Positions 29,625 through 44,600 of a stretch of 64,000 nt of DNA are shown here, piece by piece. This DNA comes from a virus (Duplodnaviria; Caudoviricetes), in the IMG/VR virus record IMGVR_UViG_3300021387_001128, positions 1,602-65,601 of that record; one strand, 5' to 3'. Both the position numbers and the translations under genes were made by a program. The notes beneath the pieces are model-generated. The model saw nothing but the letters and a program-made list of their open reading frames with translations. It ran no database searches and was not told the origin of the DNA. Within the stretch, counting starts at the first letter, position 1. Each line of letters starts with the position of its first letter.

Positions 29625-32600
29625 TCAGAACGCATAACCAGCAAGGTTAAGACCGTTCTTGGACATTTGTTTTGTGAACGCCTGTCCGATTCGCTTTGCA
29701 ACTTCATCGTAATCTGCATCGTCCTTAAGCTCTGCCTGGTTAATCGTAATGTAGATGTCACCTACGTTAGTGTTGTTGGAGACGCCCACGTCAGCAGTAG
29801 GCAAAACGCCGGGGGATACATAAACATAGCTAAGCACATCTGTCAAATCCTGAATAGCTTTGGTGTCGTAAGCATCGAGGAAAGCTTCTGGTTGAGATTT
29901 TGTACCATCAACCCAGGCCGGGCCAGTATAATCTACAAGGCCACCATTAGCGTACTTGTTAATAACCGTGCTGCCAGCTTCAAAGAATGTGCCTTTACCC
30001 TTCTTTTTAGCATCGGCCATAGCCGCACTATTGGCAGCTGCGATAGTAGCTCCGTATCCTTTTCCTGCGTAGCTGACCAATTTGCCGTTTTCGTAGAATG
30101 CCGCAATCGCTTCTGAATAATGGGCTTTCGGATCTGCTGCACCGCCTGCACCGCCACCACCAGATCCACCGGAACCAGATCCGGAACCAGAGCTGGGTTT
30201 AGGCGGTTTATCCGACGGCAGGTCGCCATACTCATCCAATTCAGCAACGTTACTGTTTACAGTTTCCAAATAATTCTCTGCCGAGTTACTAACCCAACCT
30301 TGAGTCTGTTCCCAGGTTGTATCGTTGTTGCCAGTATAGTTATGAATCAGAGCAATAATATCACTAAGGTCTCCAACGATCTCTCTCTGCAGTCCGTCGA
30401 TTGAATACACGTAGTTCTCGATATCTGTCACCGCTTCGAACGTTGCATGAGAATCATCGAACGTTGCATCGTTAATCAAAGACTTAGTGTAGTTATCGTA
30501 CAGCTCGCCCCACTTATAAAGCATGGACTCCCGTCCGGTATCGGACGCATCCCTGTATTCATCGCTCTGCTTCATGTAATCCAGGAAGGACTCGCGGTTA
30601 GAGAAGGCTCCGATAAAATCTTCGTCTTCCCAGTAAGTCTCAGCCAAGCCTTGCATGCTGAGCCAGGTCTTACGCCAGTCGTTCTCCATCTTCTTGCGTG
30701 TCTCTTCAGTAGAGTTCTGATAACTCTTACTAGTAGCCTGCATGAATTTGATATATCGAGCGTAAGCTTCTTCATCAAACTCGGCCGTAATCGAGAAGGA
30801 GAGCATGTCATTTACTTCGCTCTGGAAGTTGTTGGCATCGGCTAAGAACTCGTTGAGATCTTCTTCGCCGGCTGTAACGTAATCGTTAAGAGCCGCAATT
30901 TCATCATCGATCGCTTCTTGCGCGGAAGCCACTTCTTGATCGGCGATCTCCCAGGAGAGCTCCTTCTGCAGATCTTCGATCTTGCGCTGGAGCTCTTTCA
31001 CATCTTTAGTGCGGCTCGGGTCCATCGCGATCAAAGCAAGCTGACGCTGATACTCTGCAAGCTCTTCCCATTTGTCTTCTTGGTTCTGGGCATTCTTGCG
31101 TGCGTTCAGCCGCTCGTTAATCAAAGCCTTCTCTTTGTTCAAGGCTTCTTGCTGTTTCTGGATATCCTTTTTAATCAGGTTCCATCTCTCCTGGTAATTC
31201 TTGCGGATTACATCGATCAGCTGATTTTGCAGATTGATCTCTGCGTTCAGCATGTTCTCTTCTTTTGCAATCCGGTCTTTAATCTCTTTGACAATCTCGT
31301 TCTCAAGCGCCATTCTGACCTGACGAATCTTCTCCGCATTCTGCTCCAGAAGCTTCGTGTTCTTTTCAATCTGGTTATTAACCTGAGCAAGAGCTTCTTC
31401 TTCTTTGCGGATCTCCTGTGTAATCTTGTAGTAGGTCTCTTCGTCGTTGTTGGCTTTAGCATCAGCAAGCAGCTTTTGCAGCTCACCGATATTGGTCTGC
31501 AAAGCGTTCCGCCGCTGAATCTGAGTCTCTTGCTCTCTGCCAAGCATGTAGCCGTAGTTGGTCAACTCACCGTTGTTTTGATAACGGGTCTGTTCATACT
31601 GCTCAAGTTTAATCTCGTGCTGGAACTGCTCGTCCACGCGGTTAAAACTCTCCATCAGCTTTTCCAGGCTGGCCTGATTAACCTGCTTGTTGAGTTTAAC
31701 CATCTCAAGTTCGGTTTGAGCGATACCTTCTCTTGCACTGAGAATCTTCTGGCGAAGTTGATCCCATGCGGTAGGATCGGTAACCGTGCCACTCTTAGCA
31801 TAGGCTTCAAGCCCGGCAAGAAGTTGTCTTTGCTCCTGTAAGCCGCCGGACATCATATCGCGTTGGTTTTTAAGAGTGTTGAAATAGGACTCTTCGTTAC
31901 CAGTCTCTTTATAGATCTCGGCCTGAGTCTGATACATCTTTTGAATGTGATCAGCATCGGCCGCTGCTCTGTCATAATCATCTGCAAGGTCGGCGACAAC
32001 GGATTGTTGCCAAGCTGCTTTGTTTTCAGCCATTGTGTTCATAACGTTGAGAATGGATTCTTCGTAAGCATCGACAGAGTCGCGGGCGTCGTACCAAGCA
32101 TCAGTATGATCCTGCAATCCGAATCCAAACTCATCTTTAAACCCAGCTTCTTCTCTTTCAATCTGATCAAGCACGGATTGCATTTCATCTCTGGCTTTAA
32201 CAAGATCGTCAAGCTGGCTGGCATAAGCAGTGTTTTGCTGGTTAAGCATACCGCGATACACCCATCCGTTGTTTGCCCGTTGGGCCATCTCAGCTCCCGT
32301 GCCGTAAAGGTTAGCATCGCTTACAGCTGTCGCTTGCGCGTGCTCAAGATCCTTTCCGACTTCGGTAACCATCGCGTTGTTAACATCGATCCACTTCTGG
32401 ATATTATCGTTTTGCAGATCAGCAATCTGTTCTCTGATTTCAAGCAGATTGTCTCTTGCTGCGATCCAGGACTCATCACCAAAGGTGGAGTTCTTCATCT
32501 GTTTGATCCAGTCTTTTTCCTGATCTTTAAGAACTGAGATCATAAAATCATTCTGATCCCTGGATTGATTCTGAATAGAGATCCAGTTCTCAGTCTGACC

Positions 32601-35600
32601 GAGCATCTGATACCGATTAGCTCGCTTCTCCAACAAAGAAGAGACGTGCTGTTCAGGTGTCATCTCGTTCTGATGTTGTTCTTCAATCTGCTGGATAATC
32701 TTATTGCGGAGTTCATCCAGAGAGTTCTGGAGATCCGCCATTGCTTCTTCAGCCGCATGAAGCGCATCAGTCAGCGCCCAGTAATCTTCGGAGTCATACT
32801 CCGTACCGGCGAGTTGATCCTGCAACTCCTGAATATGGCCTGCGTAAGCAGACTGCATATTCTGAATAGCAACTTGTTCATCCTGAAGAGACGCGTCGTA
32901 AGCATCGTAATCGTTCATAAAATCATAATGACTCTGGTTAGTCTGAATCATTGTGAGATTATGTTTTAATCTGTCGATCTCGTGCTTCTGTCTTTCGATG
33001 AGTTTTTGTGCGTCGGATTTACCGCCGCCGCCACCGCCACCACCGCCACCAGAATAACCGCTTGGTGTATTGGCAGAAGCAGACGAAGACGAGACACTGG
33101 CTTCGACATCGATTTGGCCGTGTTCGGCTCCGATCGATTTGATGATGTCGATCATGATCGTAGCGATATCACCAGCCATAGATTCTGCAGCTGCTACGTA
33201 ATCGGATTCAATAGATTCAAGCAAAGCGATAAACGCGCTCAAGTCTCCGGACTCGTTAACCTGTGTAACAACATCTACAACCTGATCAAGTGTAATCTTA
33301 TTTTCGCTGATTGCTTGGTTAATATCAGTCAATGCACCTTCGAGCATTGGTTTAAAATGCCCTTGACTAAACGTCTCTTGGGCATCTTTTTCCATAGCGT
33401 CGAGAGCTTCATCAAACTGTTTTTGTGTAAGCTTTTGAACATCTTTCCAATCATCTAATCCAAGGAACTGAGCAAGCAGTCCGCCTTCTTTAGCGCCTAC
33501 CTGTCCTGGCTTCTTGCCACGCATCTTCGATACTGCGGTCAGATTGTTCTGGAGAGTTTTAATGCTCTTGGTCCAGGCCGCAGATTGACGAATAGCATCC
33601 TTGCCACCTTTGGCAAAGTTAGCCATAGCTTCGGCCGCTTCATCGGTATGATCTCCAAGTTTATTAGAAAGCTTTACAGATTTACTCTCCCACTCAGCAT
33701 CAAGATCTTTTTGAGCCTTCTGTGCGCCTTGAAGAGATCCGTAATATTCTTCTACTGCTTTTGAAACGGCTTCATAATCAGGAGAATCTTGTGTAATATC
33801 GCCGATTGTGGCCATGGTATATCTACCACTGGCAGCTTGCTCCACAGCCATTGCGGCATTAAGATAGTTCTCCGGAAGCATAGAAGCATAATCGGCAATC
33901 ATAGCTTTACTGTTGTTCATGTAGAAGCCATTTTCACCAGTTAAGTTGCCAGCTCTCATTTGGTCAAGAAGCAGGTTTGCTCCATAGAACTTCTGATTCT
34001 CCGTTAATCCGGTAAATCCGTTAGACGCGTTTGCCATCCGCATATTGTAGTATTCAAGCTCATACGGATTATACACGTCCCGATCTTCGATTGGTGTTAT
34101 AGTGCCACCCGTAAAACCGGTAACTATTCCGTTTTGACGTGTCGCCATAAAGCCGGCCGCTTCTGCTTCTGCGAGAATGCGATTAGCTTCGGCTCGATTT
34201 GTACCGTAGTTTTGTTTATATGCTTCTTCGTATGCGTCAGCCTGGACTTGGTTCGCGGCCATCTGCGCTTCAATATCGTTGCGTGCTCTCGCCGCGAGAT
34301 CGGAATCTCCGAGCGCCGATTCAAACTCATCGTAATAATCTCTGTTGCCTGTTGCGAGATATTCTTGTGCTCTTCGTAAATCTTCTCCGTGCGTAGTAAC
34401 ATCTGTAATTTGGTTGGAAGCTTCCGCAACTGCAGCCGCAAGTGCCGCAAGGGCAGACTTGAAGGATTCTGCTTCGCCTGTAAAATCAAGTGCGTCTCCT
34501 TCAAAGCTGAACCCAAGATCTTTCATCTTGTTGGCAAGTTCAGGAGAAGAGTCAAGCAGAGCTTTCCAGTTATCTACCTGAGAGCTGCCTACAGAGTTAA
34601 TGAAATCTCCGAAGTTATCGAAGTTCTGGCCTTGAGAGAGAACGCTGAACAGGGAAGTAGCTGCGTTCTGAGTGCGGTTGCTGATATCGTACTGAACTTG
34701 CTGATAGGCCATGTTGGATTCAAGAGAATCAAACCGTCCCTGTTCCAGCAACCAGTTGTTATAAGCATCTCTTGCCGCAGTAAGGTCTCCGCTTTGTCTG
34801 GTTGCGACGGATTTAAAAATGTCGCCACCAGCCATCTGATCAAACGTCCTGGAAAGAACTTCTTGGAGCTGCGGACCAGCGTTGGTCCATCCCTCTTCCA
34901 GTTGTTGAGCCGTCAGACTCGTGATATCCGCTGTACCAAATGCTTGCTGTAATGCCCAGCCGTAGTTCTGTGCCACGTTCCCGGGCTGACCATTCGACAT
35001 TCTGGAGATATAACCAGTAAAACTGTCGAAGTCAGCGCCAAGGTTGACCATATCTTTCCAGACCTGATCGTTTTCATAGAGCTTGTTGAAATCGGCACCG
35101 AGAAGAGTATCGAATACGTCGCCTACCGGTATTCCGTAACCTTCTGGCGTATAGTAATCTCTGTTCAGGTGCGGGACAAAACTATTGGCAGTTCTGTAAA
35201 TAGACTGCAAATCATTTTCGTTAGCAACTTCTCTGGCGTTTTCAACCAGGTTATCATGACGCATCCGGTTGAGATTAATCAGAGACTCGTCATAAACAAA
35301 TGTTCCGTTTTCATATCGATAACCATTTGTTTGTGCAGCCTGAATAATTTGCTGTCTTGCTTCTTCGGTCTGAGATGTAACAAGTTCTTGTTCATATGTG
35401 CTGGCCTGAGCTGTGCGGCCAAGCTGTTGCCGCTCTCTGGCTTGTTGCACATACATATCCCGGTTCTGCAGGAATACGTTCTCGTCCGTAATGCCGAGAA
35501 TACTCATCGCAGCTTCATTCACCTGGGAATACGTGCCGCTGTAAAGCTTAGCAGTTTGCTGGCCGGATTCCATTGAAGCGGTTGTAATCTCTCTTAAAGC

Positions 35601-38600
35601 ATCAGCAATTTTAACCGTATTATCTCCGGATAAATCTTCGATAAGTCGAGTTGTGCCTTCAAGAATCTTCCCAGCTTGTTCAAGGTCGGCTATACCTTCG
35701 ACTTTAAATTGCAACTCAAAAGCTCGTTTTAAAGCCTGACCTTCTTCAGAAGCTTGCTGTCCAGGAGACATCTTCATGTACTGTGCGAGTTCAGGAGAAT
35801 AATCCATCACCGCGTTCCACAAAGAGTCATCCCAGAACTTATATCTTTCAGCCGCTTCGTTATAGTTGAGACCGGACTCTGCAATCTCTGCGGCTCTGTC
35901 TCTCAACTCTCTGTTTGTGTAAACAGGTGTAAAATCTGTACGAGCCGCGCCCGCGCTTACATTGCCGCCAACGAAATTCACGCTGACACCGGATTTATCT
36001 GAAGCACGAATATCAAATCCTAATGGAGAATATTGTTCCTGGATTTTTGCTATCGTTTCCTTTGGAACGTTTTCATATACTCCGGTCTCTTCGTTAAAGT
36101 AATCGGAAAGCCCATATCCCTTTTCGATCTGATCATAGATACTTTGCTCGAATTGGCTTCTTGCTGTGCTGTAAGATTGATTATACGCATTTAAAGCAGT
36201 AGCGTAGTTCTGTCGAACCTGATTTGGATCAATCTTTAAAGCAGATGCAATTGTTTGAATATCACTCTCATTTGGTTGAAGCTCAAGCATCTGCCAATCA
36301 TTCATTCGTGTAAGGCGTGCTTGCTGCAATCCAAGCTCGGCCGCTGTGTTCATATTGGTAGCAGTAAGCTCTTCAGGAGTGGACCCGTAAACCTGATTAA
36401 AAAGATAATCCGTTAAATCCTTTTGCGTGTATCTGCCTTTGCCTGAGTTTACACTTTCCCAAATGTTTATCAGTTCGGTATCAGATCCGCTGTTAATCAA
36501 CTCCAACGCATTTGCAAAAGCAACGTCTTCATTTGTTATGTCTGCGATATCTTTCGATGTTAACAAATGATACAATCCTGCGTACTCTCTGTCGTACTTT
36601 CGGTCTTTAGGTTTAATGTTTTTGTATGCGGCGGTTACGATATCCTGTGGGGATTGTTCCGTTACCGCAGAAGGAGTATTCTCTTCGACGTAGTTTGGGT
36701 TATTCTCTGCGGATTCAACTTCTGCTTGAATCTCGGCAGCGGCGTTGGTTCTAACCCAGTCGTTTAAATGCTCGCCTTTATGATTCTCAAGAAGCCGGTT
36801 TTTAATCGCGGCAGATAGTCCGGGTGTGTCGCTGAATCGAATATCAGTATTGTTTGCAAGATAAGTATCGAGCAAACCTTCTGCTTCTTTGTCAAGTTGC
36901 TCCTGTCTGACGTCTTCGTACCCTGTAAGTACATCAACATCACCTGCGACAACACGGGCAATACCCATCGCCAAACGCCATGGCAAACCTGCGCTAAGCT
37001 TTGTGTTTTTGAAACCTGCTTTAAAATCGCTTAAAAAAGTATTTGTCTCTGTGCCGTACGTTCTGGTTAACTCGTCCCAGTCTTGAGTTGAGAGAACTTT
37101 TTCCAAGGCATTGCTCTGATAAAGTGAAGCAACCAAAGAGTCAAACCCTTGGGCAGTTTCCTGATTGGAACTAATGTTATTTCCTTTGTAATCAATTAAC
37201 CCTTGATATCCAAGTATGTTTCCAAGAGCAACCGCAGTCGAACTTCCATCAGGCTTGTTTCCGTCGTGAGCCAACTGGTGCAGCCAGCCTTCTCTTCGCT
37301 CTTCGTATCCGCCAACAGATGAGCTGTCTCCGCTCATATATGTAACATACTTGTCGTATCCTTCTGTGCCGAAAAGAGAAGTTACAATTTCCTGCTCGGT
37401 CATACCAGCCATTTCAAGACCGGCAAAATTCGAAGCAATGGTCCTTAAAGCATCTTTATCTCCACGTTTTGCAGTGGCGACACTCGCGACGCGCTGATCA
37501 AGCTCACCGTTGAAAAGAAGCCCGGTAGGAGTTGATTCATTAATCTCTTTCGTTTTTTCAGCATATTCTTTTTCCGCGTCGCCGATTGCGATATCGGCAA
37601 GCGTTTTAGCAGATTTTTTATTTGCTTCATCAAGTTTTTGGACTTCTTCTTTCGCTGCCGACACAGTGGATTTCCAGCTGTCCAGCCCGGATGCAGCACT
37701 GCTAACGCTTGAATCAACGCCGCTGAAAGCAGCTTGAAGCGAAGCAAGCGCGGACGTTAAAGCATCGGTCTCTGAAGTGGAAAGGTTACCGTTTGTTTCA
37801 TCGTACTTTTTGCCAAGTGTCTCAGCTTTAGCAATCAGTGATTTATACTTATCGGTCGCGTCTTTATTCTTTTCGGTGAAATTATCGTATTGCTCCTGAG
37901 CGGAAACTTCCCGAATTTTAGGAGCTGAAGTCGTCGCAGACAAACCTTTACCGATCAATCCACCAATACCCATCACGCCGGCGGCCACAGCGACACCAGC
38001 TCCGATAGCAAGCGGTGCGCCGATACCAGGAATCTTAGAAGTAGCAATAATCGTAGTTACAGCGGCCACAGCAGCGCCAACAGCTAAGATCGCAGACAGC
38101 GATCCGCCAAGCACACCATTAAGCGCGGTGATCCCTTGAATAAGACCGGAGATAAAATCAATACTTCCTGTCAAAACATCGTTCGACTCAAGTCCCGCGA
38201 CCAGCTGATCCCAGGAGCTGCGGAGCGTATCAAACGAAGCAGCAAGACCTTGTGCAATAACCTGGTATTTACTCTCAGTAATCCCTTCGCTGTCGCCGGC
38301 CAGTCCAAGCAGCTCTTCGAACTTCGCGCCGCCATCTTCTCCAATGCCTTCCATCAGCGTGGTAAACATATTCGTCATACGTGTACCCGCGATAGCGGAA
38401 GTGATATTAGACTTCTGAACGTCGCTCATGTTCTGCCAGCCCGCCGCGATATCTCTCAGGATATCTGTTGCGGATCTGTAGTTGGCTCTGGATTCATCTG
38501 TGTAAAGATCAATCCCGGCCAACCCAAGTGCAGTCTCAACATCGGAAAGGGAAGTGGTCTCACCGTTCTGATCCCGCACAAACTTCTCTGTCGTAACTTT

Positions 38601-41600
38601 GCGGATACGGGAGAAGATCGTGTTCATCGCAGTACCGACCTGCGTGCCGCTCAGCTGCGTCATGCTGGTCATGACAGTCGCCATGGATACCAGCTCTTCG
38701 TAGCTTACGCCGGCAACCTTTGCGGATGCCGCAGACTTCTGCATGGCCTTGCCGATCTCGTCGGCTGTGGTTGCCGCGTTATCGCCAAGCGCAACCAGCG
38801 CGTCCATCGCTTCGGTGGAAGAATCCACCAGGTTGTTTTGCAATGCGGTAGTAATAATCTTGGTTGCCGCTTCAACCTTGATGCCGGCAACCTGAGAGAA
38901 CTTGATCACGTCTTCGGTCCGGGCCTGCACTTCTTCGTCCGTCAGGCCCTGACGATACAGAGCCGCTTCAGTAGAAGATACATTGGAGACAGAAGTATGA
39001 AGATCGACCGCAGTCTGGAGCGTACGGGAACGCACGTCAGACATCTGGTCATCCGTCTTCATTGTAATCGCCTGGATCTCGACCATCGAAGCGTTAAACT
39101 CTTTGACGAACTTCTTGGTCTCCTGTACGGCTTTATTGAAAATCTGCCGTCCGAAGCGCTGCATCACACGGCCGAGAGAACTTTCAACGGTCGTGAACAG
39201 CTGCTTTGTTGCCAGAGATGTGGTAGTTGCCTGTTTCGCAAATTCGTCCAGCCGCTCAATATCTTTGTTGTAATCTTCGTCTGTCATCAACCCGGCATCA
39301 TGCTTTTTGGTAACATTCTCCCGGATGGCTGCAATCTGCTCAGAATATTGTTTGGCCGCCTGTTCAAGTTTATTCTGCGGCATGAGATGGGATTCAAGCG
39401 AATCCAGTTGTTTGCTGAATGCAGTTTGGTTCTGCTTCTGCATGCCGCCGAGAATACTGTCACGCTTCTTCTTAATCTCGTCCAGGTCTTTACCGATGGC
39501 TTTAGCGTCATCTGTAAACTGATCTCTCAGATTCTTTCCGTATTTTTGATCTTTCGAAAGCGTGAAGAGCTGCTGCTGATCTTCGGAAAGCTCTTTAATC
39601 TTTTTATCCCACGCGTCCAGCGCTTCTACTTGCGCGTCATATGTTCCGTTAATCTTGGAGTCCTGTTCGGTAATGCTCTCAAGAAGATTGTGAGCTCTCA
39701 CAACGGAAGAATCGCTGAAATCCCTGCCGGCCTTTGCTACAAGGCCCGTCTCAGAATCAAGTAGCCGATCAATGCTTGTCTTTTGATCCGGAGCTAAAGT
39801 ATCCCAGAGAGCGGAGTTCTTGAAGTTCTGCAGTTTCCGCTCGTGAGATCTTGCAAAACTGTTGTTCCGGTTGAAATCAATTAGCGACTGTGGAACATCT
39901 TTAAGCTGCTGTTCGCTTCTTAAAATCTGGCCGAAAAGTTTGTTTGAAAACTCCTGCGCCGGCTGTATCAGTTGTGCAAACTGCGCTTGCGCAAGCTGGA
40001 GCATTGAATCAGACGGAGCATTGGGTGTCCAGCCAGGTGGAGTTGTTGGAGGCACAGGCGGAACCGGAGTCTGAGCGTATTGGTTTGGCGCGGTCGGCTG
40101 ATATCCTTTGTCGCTCATCCCGGCATGCTCGGATGTGGATTGTTCCGTCTTCAAAGGTACAGGACGCTCGTCTGGATGTTTATCCATATAGTCGTTCCAT
40201 GCCTTTTGATACTCTTCAAGGTCTTTCAGCTCAGCTCGCCTGGATGCTAAATATTCTTCTTTGGTTTTGCCGTGTGCTTTACCGAAGAAGCTTTCGAGCT
40301 CTTCTCTTGGCCTCTGTTCGTCTGTTTCGATGACTTTTTTAAGCTCGTTGACAGCCCACGAAGGATCGAAGTCGACACTGCTGATCCACCCGTTAAGCTT
40401 TTTCCGTTGAGCTTCCAGCGCGTCTCTCTCCGGATTCGCTGATTTTTGCGGAGCTTTTTGCTCTGCGGATGTTTTAATAATCTCTGTTTGCGCTTCGGTG
40501 ATTTTGCTCGCTTCTTCTGCGACTTCTTGTTGTGCTTCAATCTGCTGCTCGGCCTTTTGAATTTCAGCAGTCATATCCGGTACGTTAACATTTGCAATGT
40601 TCGGTTCCAAACTGCCGCCGCGTTGAATCTGAGCAAACCTGCTTCCAGCAAGAGCCTGCGTAATCTTTTGCGCGGTTTTTGTACCGATGCCTTTAATCTT
40701 GAGAAGTGGATCGAGATTTCCCTCGTTAATCGCGGAGAGCAGATCTGTCTCAGGCAAACCCATGACAGAATCGATCAAAGCGTCTTTGGATTTACCTTTG
40801 CCGAGTACGTTGCGAAGGATCTCCTTCGCTTCTTCTCTGGCGGTCGTTTCAGGCTGCTTTGCCGCAATGTTTTCCAGAATATCTTCTACTTCGAAGGGAA
40901 CCTGTTCTTGCGGCTCCGGAAATCCAGCCTTCACTTCGGCGGGCGTTTTCGGAGTTTGTTTGGGCTTTTGTTGTGTTTCGGCAATCCTCGCCGGAGTAGC
41001 GGAAGGCTGCTGCGCCTGCTTCGGAGGTTGGGTAACCGGAGGAGTTTGAGTAGGCGGCATAACGGGAGCAGAGCCAAACAAAGCATCAACGGGGACGCCT
41101 ATTGCATTCGCGACGTTACTAACCATCGCCTTCGTCTGGTCGTCTTTTTCAACATTCTCTCGTCTCAATCCGTTCTCGGTTAAGTAATCACGCCATGCAA
41201 AAATACCGGCTTCTCTCGCTTTGCGATCGTACTCGTAAGCATATGCGTTAATATCTGTAATCCCTTCGTCAATTAACTGCTTATCGATTTCATGCTCTGC
41301 TGCCTTTTGCAGCTGGGTAACAAAATCCTGTTCTTCTTGCGAAGGTGCGAGGTATCTGCCTGTCGCAATGTTGCGTTTTACATCTCTTGCCGCTTGGGTG
41401 AACCTCCCGGTCGCAGATTCCGGGTTTTTAATTGCGGGCAGGTTGTCAAAGATAGTATCCCAATCGTACTTCAGACTTCCGTCAGGATTTGTGCCTGCCG
41501 CCGGAAGGCCGAAATTCTGGGCATACATCCGGGTAAGAAGCTGTCCGGTAAGGGAACCGCTCGACATTGTGGGGAAAGCCAGCTCGTCGATATTATATTT

Positions 41601-44600
41601 ATTGAGCCGCTCCTGAGAAGCATCTGTCCATACCTGCTTTACTTGGCCGTCTTCATATACGGAATCAAGAGATTTACCGACCCAGTTAAAAATATTACCA
41701 AACGATCTGCCGTATTCTTTTACGGCTTTTTGATCAGGCGTGTCTTCCCATGTGTCGCCTGTTTTACCATGCACGGAAACGACGTCGTAATTGGATTCAA
41801 GATCCAGAATCGCTCTCGCTGCGGCGGTGCTGATCTTTGGATTCCGCAGCAGAGACATAACATCCATCGTTCTGGATGCTCTGCCCATCATAGGAGTATT
41901 CTTTGCCTGCTCCATGATGTAAAGCGCGATATCCTCCGGATTCCGCATATCAAAAGGTTTATCAGCTCTTTTGATACCGCCTTTGCTTTTAACTGATTCT
42001 TTTAAAGCGGCCTGCTCTTCCGGAGTTCGTCCGGCCATTTTCCAGATTTTTGCATTGTCTTCGTTACTGATCTGGAAAACGCGGGCCATCATCTGGTTAA
42101 ATTCTGTGCTGCCTTTGCCGCTCAGCCCGAACAGACCGTTAATATCCCCGTCAAAATCTTCGCCCTGAAGGGCTTCAAGAATAGGGGAACCCGGCCTGAA
42201 GTACAGGGCTTTGGGGTCCATCCCAAGCTGCTCCGCCATCTTCTGGATTTTAGGAGCCATGCTCTTGTCGCGGGCCAGGTTGCTCGCGACGATATTGCCG
42301 CTTATCGTGGCGGGATGCCGCACAATACCAAGCTGATCAAACATGGAACCCAAAGAGATAACGTCGTTATTTCCGAGTTCCAACTCTTCCATCTCTTTGG
42401 GAATCTTGACACCGGCTTTGCGAAGCGCGTTGTTAACAACGTTAATCGGCGCAGGGGCTGCCATATTCCAGGAGTATACTCCGTGCGGAAGAAGCCTGTT
42501 CCCCTCAGAGTAGGATTCGACCATGCTGCTCAGATGTCCACGGATAATGTTCTGAGATTCTTCAGAAGTCAGATCAACCGTTTGATCACCGCCGAAAAGT
42601 TCTCTGCGAATATATTGATCATCCGTAGACAGACGAGTCATTTCATCCATGAAGATCTTGTTGAAATAAGCATCTACAACAGGATCGCTGAACCCAGCAT
42701 TCATCGGGCCGTTCACAAGCTGCTTGGAAAGCCAGCGGCCGGATGTGTTGGATTTGCCATACGTGGTTTTCAGAGAGATGCCGAAACGGGAAACCTGACG
42801 GGATCTCATATCGTTGATCTCTTCCGGAGTCATCCCGGCAAACATCTGATTAAAGTTTTTAATATTGTTTACGTCTTCAATGATATCTGTATCCCAGGGA
42901 ATAATCAGGTCTTCTCCGTTTATCCCTGCACCTTGAATACGAAAATCGCCGTAACGATTCATGATATCTCTGCGCTGCTGCTCAGTAATACCATCTCCGA
43001 TCTTCGCAATCTCTTCTGCGGTTCTTGCGCTCTCGACAATCTGATCTGGATACTGTGTTTTAAGCGCGTTTAAATCCATACGAACATAGGTTGCTTTGCC
43101 GCCATAAGAACGGCCTTGGCCGCCTTCGTTAAACAGCCGGGCGCTGCCCCAGTTCGCACCATCCATATCCTTCCCGAAGTTGCCCACAACAACTTTGACG
43201 TTGGGCGTTCCATAGTCGCGCATAATCTTGTCGCGCATGGACTGCCCAAGGTTCGGGTCTGCGAGCATCTGCTCCGTTGTCGCGTTACCAGAGAACCCAA
43301 ACGGGATACCCCACAGCGTACGGAGATTCTCGCCTTCGGTCGCAGGCAGGTTCTGGTTATACAAACTCTTCGCAAAAGGTTTGTACTCATTGAAGCTGCC
43401 CATTGATGCGCCGTTCGCAAGAAGCTTCAGGCCGGCTTTAAGATGTTCTTCGTTAACAGGCCCTTTTGAACCAACCGGCTTTGGTTCAAGTCCGAGTTCA
43501 TAGCGGCCAAGATCTTCAATCAGATCGTCGCGCATAAACTCTGCGTGTGTCTTTCCTGCTCGGGTAAAGCTGTAATGATGTCCGTTGGCAACGTATCCTT
43601 CTCTGATCCGTTTGGCAAGGTCAGCCTGATATCGTTGGCTGTCTTCGTCTTTCAGATAAGGATCGCTCCATTTTGAATCATACTTAAGATAAATCGCGTT
43701 GTCGTTAAACTCGTTTTGTCCAGCCCTGGATGAATGAGTCATCTGAGAAAGAATGTCGTTCTCCAGACTGCTGGCGAGCGTAACAGTGTGGAAGTCATCA
43801 GGGCTGAAACGCTTCCCGCCTGAAGTTGTGGGCTTCGTGATTCCCTGAGCAGTTCTCCATTTACCGGTTGCCCGGTCCAGATAAACCGGATTGGCGCCGT
43901 TAATCTGAGCGCCGCCTTCCATCATGTCAAGGGTGTATTCTGCATACGCGCTCGTTCTGCGCCTGGGCGCCATGGTGATCGGGCCGGTGTAAATACCTGT
44001 CCCATGGTTCGGGTTAAAAGGCTGAATCCTATCGTAATACCCAGGGTTAATCCAGCTGCCGTAGGCATCGTGTAGCGCGTGGGCTGTGCGTCGGCCGCTG
44101 TCGAAATCAATATTGTTGCCGATTTTACGTTCGACTTTTCGCCATTGAGAAGGATCATCCGGGTTTGTCATCCCGAATTTGCGTTCCCCCATGACGGCGG
44201 TAGAAGCATCACCGAATACAAATCCGGACATCGCGTTAATGTGGCCGCGTGTCAGATTGGGATTGCGATAGAGCCCCCCGTTGCTCTTTGCGTACAGCCC
44301 GGCGCGAACAGCCGCGTCCTGCGCGAGGCGGTCTGTCTCTACAATCTTTTGCAGTGCGGAGATCTCGTCCTGCGTAAGCGGAGTGTTGTCGCCGGCTAAA
44401 GCGCCGAGTATCCGTCTCTGGGCAGGCGCCGCAGTAGGGATCGTTTTAAAAGATTCCGGAAACAGTCCCCGGAATGTAATCGCTTTTTGCGGCATGGCGA
44501 CAGCAGATCCGCCGGTAACAGAAGCCCGCATATATTGCGGTACGTAAATCGGCAGCTGCGAAGTGAGATACTGCTCCATCCGCTGGCTCGAAAAAGCATT

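Noticed and set aside
42144-42158. DFDGD as a mere Ca-binding (EF-hand or FG-GAP) motif
   Set aside because: It is preceded at the expected distances by DG, R..GGK and RHP motifs that parallel the free-standing polymerase, which an isolated Ca-binding loop would not explain.
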